A stretch of 64,000 bases of DNA from NCBI RefSeq assembly GCF_009914755.1, contig NC_060929.1, one strand, 5' to 3'. Made by a program: the position numbers and the translations under genes. The notes under the pieces are model-generated. The model was given only the letters and a program-made list of their open reading frames with translations, ran no database searches and had not been told where the DNA came from. Shown here in pieces: positions 19,501 through 64,000 of the stretch (position 1 is its first letter; each line of letters begins with the position of its first letter). The DNA is from the human T2T-CHM13v2.0 reference genome, Homo sapiens.

Positions 19501-21192
19501 TTTCAGCTATAAGCCTCAAAGCTCTCCAAATATCCATTTGCATATTATACAAAAAGAGTGTTTCAAAACTGCTCAATGAAATTTTCAACTCTGTGAGATG
19601 AATGCACAGATCACAAAGAAGTTGCTCAGAATGCTTTTGTCTAGTTTTTATGTGAAGATATTTACTTTTCCACCTTAGGCCTCAAAGCCCTCGAAATATC
19701 CACTTGCAGATTCTGAAAAAAGAGTTTTTCAAAACTGATCAGTCCAAAGAAAGATTCAACTCCATGAGATGAATGCACACATCACAAAGAAGTTTCTCAG
19801 AATGCTTCTGTCTAGTATTAAGTGAAGATATCTCCTTTTCACCATAGGCTTCAAATATCCACATACGGATTCTTCCATAAGAGTGTTTCAAGACTGCTCA
19901 ATCAAAAGAAAGGTTCAACTCTGTGAGATGAATGCACACATCACAAAAAGTTTCTCAGAATGCTTCTGTCTAGTTTTTATGTGAAGATATTTCCTTTTCA
20001 AGAATTACCTTCAAAGCGCTCCAGATATCCATTTGCAGATACTACAAAAAGAGTGTTTCCAAACTGCTCAATCAAAAGAAAGGTTCAACTCTGTTAGTTG
20101 AATGCACACATCACAAAGAAGTTTATAAGAATGCTTCTGTCTAGTTGTTAAGTGAAGATATTTCCTTTTCTACCGTAGGCCTCAAAGTGCACAAAATATC
20201 CACTTGCAGATTCTCCAAAAAGAGCGCTTCAAAACTGCTCATTCAAAAGAAAGGTTCACCTCTGTGAGATGAATGCACACATCACAAAGAAGTTTCCCAG
20301 AATGCTTCTGTCTAGTTTTTACGTGAAAATATTTCCTTTTCAACTATAGGCCTCAAAGCACTCCAAATGTACATTTGCAGATACTACAAAAAGAGTGTTT
20401 CTAAACTATGCAATCAAAAGAAAGCTTCAATTCTGTGAGTTGAATGCACCCATCACAAAGAAGTTTTTGAGAATGCTTCAGTCTAGTTTTTATGTGAAGA
20501 TATTTCCTTTCCCACCATAGGACTCAAAACGCTCCAAATATCCATTTGGAGATACTACAAAAAAAGTGTTTCCAAACTTCTCAATCAAAAGAAAGGTTCA
20601 ACTCTGTGAGTTGCATGCACACATCACAAATAAGTTTCTGAGAATGCTTGTGTCTAGTTTTTATGTGAACATATTTCCTTTTCCACCATATGCCTCTAAT
20701 CACTCCAAATATCCACTTGCAGATTCCACAAAAATAGTGTTTCAGAACTGCTCAATCTAAAGAAAGCTTCAACTCTGTGAGACGAATGCACACATCAGAA
20801 AGAAGTTTCTCAGAATGCTTCTGTCAAGTTTCTATGTGAGGATATTTCCTTTTCAACTGTAGGCCTCAAAGCTCTCCTAATATGTATTTACAGATACTTC
20901 AAAAAGATTGTTCACAAACTGCTCAATCAAAAGAAAGGTTCAACTGTGTGAGTTGAATTCACACATCACAAAGAAGTTTCTGTGAATATTTCTGTCTTGT
21001 ATTTGTGTGAAGATATTTACTTTTCCACCATAGACCTGAAAGCACTCCAAATATCCTCTTGCAGATTCTACAAAAAGAGTGTTTCAAAACAACTCAATCA
21101 AAAGAAAGGTTCAACTCTGAGATGAAATCACACATCACAAAGAAGTTTCTCAGAATATTTTTGTCTAGTTTTTATGTGAAGATATTTCCTTT
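16518..21192 (-). repeat. Alpha satellite (~27 monomers)
   Basis: 171-bp monomers of two recurring types (CAACTATAG…CCATTTGCAGATACT and CCACCATAG…CCACTTGCAGATTCT). Confidence 0.98.
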
Positions 21193-21413
21193 ATTTTATT
21201 TTATTATTATTATACTTTAAGTTTTAGGGTACATGTGAATAATGTGCAGGTTAGTTACATATGTGTACATGTGTCGTGCTGGTTTGCTGTGCCTATTAAC
21301 TCGTCATTTAGCATTAGATATATCTCCTAACGTTATCCTTCCCCTCTCCCCTCACCCCACAACCGTCCCCAGAGTGTGATATTCCCCTTCCTGTGTCCAT
21401 GTGTTCTCATTGT

Positions 21414-25235
<3,822 letters not shown>

Positions 25236-25298
25236 TCTGATGTTAGCTGGTTATTTTGCTCGTTAGTTGATGCAGGTTCTTCCTAGTCTTGATGGTCT

Positions 25299-26332
25299 CT
25301 ATATTTTGGCATGATTTTGCAGTGGCTGGTACCGGTTGTTCCTTTTCACTTTTAGTGCCTCCTTCAGGAGCTCTTTTAGGGCAGGGCTGGTGGTGACAAA
25401 ATCTCTCAGCATTTTCTTGTCTATAAAGTATTTTATTTCTCCTTCATTTATGAAGCTTAGTTTGGCTGGATATGAAATTCTGTGTTGGAAATTCTTTATT
25501 TAAGACTGTTGAATATTGGCCCCCACTCTCTTCTGGCTTGTAGAGTTTCTGCGGAGAGATCCGTTGTTAGTCTGATGGGCTTACCTTTGTGGGTGACCCG
25601 ACCTATCTCTGGCTGCCGTTAAGACTTTTTCCTTCATTTCAAATTTGGTGAATCTGACAATTATTTGTCTTGGAGTTGCTCTTCCCGAGAAATATATTTG
25701 TGGTGTTCTCCGTATTTCCTGAATGTGAATGTTGGCCTGCCTTGCTAGCTTAGGGAAGTTCTCCTGGATAATATTCTGCAGAGTGTTGACCAACTTGGTT
25801 CCATTCACCCCGTCATTTTCAGGTACACCAATCAGACGTAGATTTGGTCTTTTCACATAGTCCCATATTTCTTGGAACCTTTGCTCATTTCTATTTATTC
25901 TTTTTTCTCTAAACTTCCCTTCTCACTTCATTTCATATATTTCATCTTCCATCACTGATACCCTCTCTTCCAGTTGATCACATCAGCTCCTGAGGCTTCT
26001 GCATTCTTCACATAGTTCTTGAGCCTTGCCTTTCAGCTCCATCAGCTCCTTTAAGCACTTCTCTGTATTTTTTATTCTAGTTGTACATTTGTCTAAATTT
26101 TTTTCAAAGTTTTTAACTTCTTTGGCTTTGGTTTGAATTTCCTCCTGTAGCTCTGTTTGATTGTTTGATCATCTGAAATCTTTGATCGTCTGAAGCCTTC
26201 TTCTCTCAACTCATCAAAGTCATCCTCCATCCATGTTTGGTCTGTTGCTGGTGAGGAACTGCATTCCTTTTTAGGAGGAGAGGCATGCTTCTTTTTAGAG
26301 TTTCCAGTTTTTCTGCTCTGTTTTTTTCCCGT
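25299..26332 (-). pseudogene. ORF1: L1-D ORF1, disrupted; start codon mutated to ACG
   Basis: …KKTGKKQSRKTGNSK… (ATG>ACG at 26330-26332). KRPNLRLIGVPE fragment at 25581-25856. Stop lies 63 bp before ORF2. Confidence 0.93.
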
Positions 26333-27365
26333 CTTTTTGGTTTCATCTACTTTCGGTCTTTGATGATGGTGATGATGTACAGATGGGTTTTTCTTGTGAA
26401 TGTCCTTTTTGTTTGTTAGTTTTCCTTCTAACAGACAGGACCCTAAGCTGCAGGTCTGTTGGAGTTTCCTAGAGGTCCCCTCCAGATCCTGTTTGCCTGG
26501 GTAGCAGCAGAGGTGGCTGCAGAACAGTGGATTTTCATGAACCGTGAATGCTGCTGTCTGAAAATTCATCTGGAAGTTTTGTCTCAGAAGAGTACGCGGC
26601 CGTGTGAGATGTCAGTCTACCCCTACTGGGACATGCCTCCTACTTAGGCTGCTTGGGGGTCAGGGACCAGAGACCCACTTGAAGAGGCAGACTGACCTTT
26701 CTCAGATCTCCAACTGCATGCTGGGAGAACCACAGCTGTCTTCAAATCTGTCAGACATGGACATTTAAGTCTGCAGAGGTTACTGCTGTCTTTTTGTTTG
26801 TCTGTGCCCTGCCCCCAGAGGTTGAGCCTACAGAGGCAGGCAGGCCCCTTGAGCTGTGGTGGGCTCCACCCAGTTAGAGCTTCCTGGCTGCTTTGTTTAC
26901 ATAAGCAAGCCTGGGCAAGGGCGGATGTCCCTCCCCCATCCTCACTGCCACCTTGCGGTTTGATCTCAGACAGCTGTGCTAGCAATCAGTGAGCCTCTGT
27001 GGGCATAGGACCCTCCAAGCCAGGTGCGGGATATAATCTCCGGGTATGCCCTTTTTTAAGCCCGTTGGGAAAGTGCAGTATTAGGGTGGGAGTGACATGA
27101 ATTTCCAAGTGTGGGCTTTCACCCTTTCTTTGACTAGGAAAGGGAACTCCCTCACCCCTTGTGATTACTGAGTGAGGCAATGCCTTGCCCTGCATTGGCT
27201 TATGCACATTGCACTGCACCCACTGTCCTGCACCCACTGTCTGGCACTCCCTAGTGAGATGAACCCGGTACCTCAGATGGAAATGCAGAAATCAATTGTC
27301 TTCTGTGTAACTCATGCTGGGAGCTGAAGATGGGAGCTCCTCCTATTCGGCCATCTTGGCTTCCC
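26333..27365 (-). promoter_or_regulatory. L1-D 5'UTR promoter with YY1 site and the ~129-bp ZNF93-target segment
   Basis: YY1 motif reverse complement GGCCATCTTG at 27349-27358. Extra segment 26466-26593 is absent from L1-B. Confidence 0.8.
26918..26992 (+). pseudogene. ORF0: L1-D ORF0 remnant (ATG>AGG, early TGA)
   Basis: RADVPPPSSLPPCGLISDSCASNQ* at the end of ORF 26798-26992 aligns with the ORF0p N-terminus. Confidence 0.7.
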
Positions 27366-30300
27366 AACAAAATTTTCTTTTCAAATATAAGACTCAAAGG
27401 GCTCCAAATATCCATTGGAGATACAACAAAAAGAGAGTTTCCAAACTACTCAACAAAAGAAATTTTCAAGTATGTGATTTGAATGCACACATCACAAAGA
27501 AGTTGCTGAGAATGTTTCTGTCTAGTTTTTATTGAAGATATTTTCTTTTCCACCACAGGCCTCAAAGTACTCCAAATATCCACCTGCAGATTCTACAAAA
27601 AAAATATTTCAAAACTACTCAATTAAAAGAAAGGTTGAACTCTGTGAGATGAGTGCATACATCACAAAGCAGTTTCTCAGAATGTTTCTGACTAGTTTTC
27701 ATGTGAAGATATTTCCTTTTCAGCTATAGGTCTCAAAGCACTCGAAATATCCATTTGCAGATACTACAAAAAGAGTGTTTCCAAACTGTTCAATCAAAAT
27801 AAAGGTTAAACTCTGTGAGTTGAATGCACACAACACAAAGAAGTTTCTGAGAATGCTTCTGTCTCGTTTTCGTGTGAAGATATTTCCTTTTTCACCATAG
27901 GCCTCTAAGCACTCAAAATATCCACTTTCAGTTTCTACAAAGAGAGTGTTTCAAAACTGTTCAATCAAAAGAAAGTTTCGACTCTGTGAGATGAATGCAC
28001 ACATCACAAAGAAGTTTCCCACAATGCTTCTGTCTAGTTTCTATGTGAAGATATTTCCTTTTCAACTACTGGCCTCACAGCTCTCCAAATATCCATTTGC
28101 AGATACTAGAAAAAGAGATTTTGCAAACTGCTTACTCCAAAGAAAGGTTCAACTCTGTGAGATGAATGCACACATCAGACAGAAGTTTCTCAGAATGCTT
28201 CTGTCTGGTTTTTATGTGAAGGTATTTCCTTTTCCACCATAGGCCTCAAAGCACTCCAAATATCCACTTGCAGATTCTACAAAAAGAGTGTTTCAAAACT
28301 GCTGGATGAAAAGAAAAGTTCAACTCTGTGAGATGAATGCACACATCACAAGGAAGTTTCTCAGAATGCTTATGTTCAGTTTTTATGTGAAGTTATATCC
28401 TTTTCAACTATAGGCCTCAAAGTGCTCCAAATATTCATATGCAGATAGTACAAAATGAGTGTTTCCAAACATATCACTCAAAAGAAAGGCTCAACTCTGT
28501 GAGGTGAATGCACACATCACAAAGAAGTTTTGGAGGATGCTTCTCTTTTGTTTTTATGTGGAGATATTTCCTTTTCCATCATAGGCCTCAAAGCACTCCA
28601 AATATTCACTTGTAGATTCTACAAACAGAGTGTTTCCAAACTGCTCACTCCAAAGACAGTTTCAACTCTGTGAGGTGAATGCACAAATCAGAAGCCACAA
28701 AGAGCCCCAAATATCCATTTGCAGATACTACAAAAAGAGTGTTTCAAATCTGCTCAATCAAAAGAAAGGTTCAACTCTATGAGTCAGTGCACACATCTCA
28801 AATAAGTTTCTCAGAATGCTTCTTTCTAGTTTTTAAGGGAAGATATTGACTTGTCAGCTATAGGCCTCAAACCACTCCAAATATCCATTTGCAAATACAA
28901 CAACAAGAGTCTTTCCAAAGTGCTCAATCAAAAGAACAGTTCAACTCTGTGAGTTCAATGCACACATCACAGATAAGTTTCTGAGAATGCTTCTGACTAG
29001 TTTTCATGAGAAGATATTTCCTTTTCCACCATATTCCTCAAAGCGCTACAAATATCCACTTGCAGATTCTACAAAAGGGTGTTTCAAAACTACTCAATCA
29101 AAAGAACGTTTCAACGTTGTAAAATGAATGCTCACATCACAAAGAATTTTCTCAGACCGCTTCTGTCTACTTTTCATGTGAAGATATTTCCTTTTCAACT
29201 ATAGGCAAAAAAGTGCTCCAAAATCCATGTGCAGACATTACAAAAAGAGTGTTTCCAAACTGCTCAATAAAAACAAAGGTTCAACTCTGTGAGATGAATG
29301 CACACATCACAAAGAAGTTTCTGAGAATGCTTCTGTTTAGTTGTTATGTGAAGATATTTCCTCTCCACCATAGATCTCAAAGTGCTCCAAATATCCACTT
29401 GCAGATTCTACAAAAAGAGTGTCTCAAAACTGCTCAATCAAAAGAAAGTTTCAACTCTGTGAGATGAATGTACACATCGCAAAGAAGTTTCTCAGAATGC
29501 TTCTGTCTAGTTTTTATGTGAAGATATTAACTTTTCATCTACAGGCCTCAAAGCACTCCATATATCCATGTGCAGATACTACAAAAGGAGTGTTTCCAAA
29601 CTGCTCAATCAAAAGAAAGGTTCAACTCCATAAGTTCAATGCACACATCACAAAGAAGGTGCTAAGAATGCTTCTGTCTAGTTTTGATGTGAAGGTAATT
29701 CCTTTTCCACCATAGGTCTCAAAACCCTCTAAATATCCTCTTGCAGATACTACAAAAAGAGTGATTCAAAACTGCTCAATAAAAAAGAAAGGTCCAACAC
29801 TGTGAGATGAACGCACACATCACAAAGTAGTTTCTGAGAATCCTTCTTTCTAGTTTTTATGTGAAGATATTTCATTGTCAACTAGAGGCCTCAAAACGCT
29901 CCAAATATCCATTTGCAGATACTACAAAAAGAGTGTTGCCAAACTGTTTAATGAAAAGAAAATTTCAACCCTGTGAGTTGAATGCACACATCAAAAAGAC
30001 GTTTCTGAGAATGCTTCTGTCTAGTTTTCCTGTAAAGATATGTCCTTTTCCACCATAGGACTCAAAGTGCTCCAAATATCCACTTGCAGATTCTACAAAA
30101 AGAGTGTTTGAAAACTGGTCAATCAAAAAAGAGGTTCAGCTCTATGAGATGAATGCAAACATCACAAAGAAGTTTCTCAGAATGCTTCTGTCTAGTTTTT
30201 ATGTGAATATATTTTCTTTTCAACTGTAGGTCTCAAAGTCCTCCAAATAGCCTCATGCTGATTCTACAAAAACAGTGTGTCAAAACTTCTCAATGAAAAC

Positions 30301-31678
30301 AAAGGTTCAACTCTGTGAGATGAATGGACACATTAGAAAGAAGTTTGTCAGAATGCTTCTGTCCAGTTTTTCTGTGATGATATTTCCTTTTCCACCATAG
30401 GCCTCAATGCGCTCCAAATATCCCATTTCATAAACTACAAAAAGAGTGTTTCAAAACTGCTCAATCAAACGAAAGACTCAACTCTGTGAGTTGAACGCAA
30501 ACATCACAAAGAAGTTTCTCAGAATGCTTCAGCCTATTTTTTATGTAAAGACATTTCCTTTTCCACAATGGGGCTCAGAGAGCTCCAAATATCCATTTGC
30601 AGAATCTACAAAAAGAGTGTTTCAAAACTGCTCCATCAAAAGAAAGTTTCACCTCTGTGAGATGAATGCACACATCACAAAGAATTTTCTCAGAATGCTT
30701 CTGTGTAGTTTTTATGTGAAGATATTTGCTTTCCCACCATAGGCTGAAAAGGGATCCAAATATCCACTTGCAGATTCTACACAAAGATGGTTTCAAAACT
30801 GCTCAATGAAAACAAAGGTTCAACTCTGTGAAATGAATGCACACATCAGGAAGAAGATTGTCAGAATGTTTCTGTCTATTTTTTATGTGAAGATATTTCC
30901 TTTTCCACAATAGGACTCAAAGTGCTTTAAATATCCATTTGCAGATTCTATAAAAAGAGTGTTTAAAAAGTGTTCAACCAAAAGAAAGATTCAACTCTTT
31001 AAGATGAATGCAGACATCACAAATAAGTTTCTCAGAATGCTTCTGTATAGTTTTTATGTGAAGACATTTCCTTTCCCACCATAGGCTGAAAAAGCCTCCA
31101 AATATCCACTTACAGAATCTACAAAAACAAAGTTTCAAAACTGTAAAATCAAAATATATGTTCAACTGTGTGAGTTGAATGCACACAAAATCAAGAAGTT
31201 CGTCAGAATGCTTCTGTCTAGTTTTTATGTGAAGATATTTCCTTTTAAACCATAGGCCTCAAAGAGCTCCAAATATGCACTTGCAGATTTTACAAAAAGA
31301 GTGTTTCAAAACTGCTCAATGAAAACATTGGTTCAACCCTGTGAGATGAATGGACACATCAGAAAGAAGTTTCTCAGAATGCTTCTGTGAAGTTTTGAAG
31401 TGAAGATATTTCCTTTTCCAAAATAAGCCCCAAAGCTCTACATAATATCTACTTGCAGATTCTACAAAAAGTGTGTTTCAAAACTGATCAATGAAAACAA
31501 AGTTTCAAATCTGGGTGATGAATGCACACATCAGAAAGAAGTTTGTCCGAACGCTTCTGTCTAGTTTTTATGTGAAGATATTTCCTTTTCCACAATAGGC
31601 GTCAAAACGCTGTAAATATCGACTTGCAGAATCTACAAAAAGAGTGGTTCTAAACTACTCAATAAAAAGAAAGGTTCA
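27366..31678 (-). repeat. Alpha satellite (~25 monomers) spanning a monomer-type transition near 30240
   Basis: 171-bp monomers, with a truncated monomer near 28690. Confidence 0.98.
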
Positions 31679-31838
31679 TCTAGCATTAGGTATATCTCCC
31701 AATGCTATCCCTCCCCCCTCACCCCAATCCACAACAGTCCCCAGAGTGTGATGTTCCCCTCCTGTGTCCATGTGCACATGCACCCTAAAACTTAAAGTAT
31801 AATAATAATAAATAAAAAATAAAAATAAAAATAAATAT
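31676..31838 (+). mobile_element. LINE-1 copy E: tiny 5'-inverted (twin-primed) L1 3'UTR insertion, L1PA2/3-like
   Basis: Antisense 3'UTR at 31676-31774 joined to sense TGTGCACATG…CTTAAAGTATAATAA plus A-rich tail. Perfect 14-bp TSD AAAAGAAAGGTTCA (31665-31678 / 31839-31852). Confidence 0.95.

Positions 31839-64000
<32,162 letters not shown>

Overview
Primate, very likely human, pericentromeric DNA with no host genes. The backbone is about 47 kb of divergent ~171-bp alpha satellite, all in one orientation (reverse complement of the usual ALR consensus). It carries pJalpha/A-type boxes, no CENP-B boxes and no homogeneous higher-order repeat, so it reads as a relic 'monomeric' layer. It is interrupted by five LINE-1 insertions: three large inactivated L1PA3-era copies (L1-A 1-4288 +, L1-B 8552-13707 +, L1-D 21193-27365 -), a 5'-truncated copy (L1-C 15262-16517 +) and a 160-bp twin-primed copy (L1-E 31676-31838). 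One AluYa5 lies at 42882-43173. All long ORFs in the track are L1 ORF0/ORF1/ORF2 fragments or spurious satellite translations. The most unusual signal is that the three large L1s, although inserted at different target sites, share non-consensus and mostly non-CpG variants in all three pairwise combinations, including a frameshift. This suggests patchwork gene conversion among satellite-embedded L1s. Other observations: adjacent L1s with and without the ~129-bp ZNF93-site segment, an in-frame ~830-bp ORF2 deletion, alpha-monomer layer boundaries, and relic 2-mer and 9-mer duplications. Consensus comparisons are from memory and by eye and need alignment to confirm. I found no evidence for a new protein-coding system.
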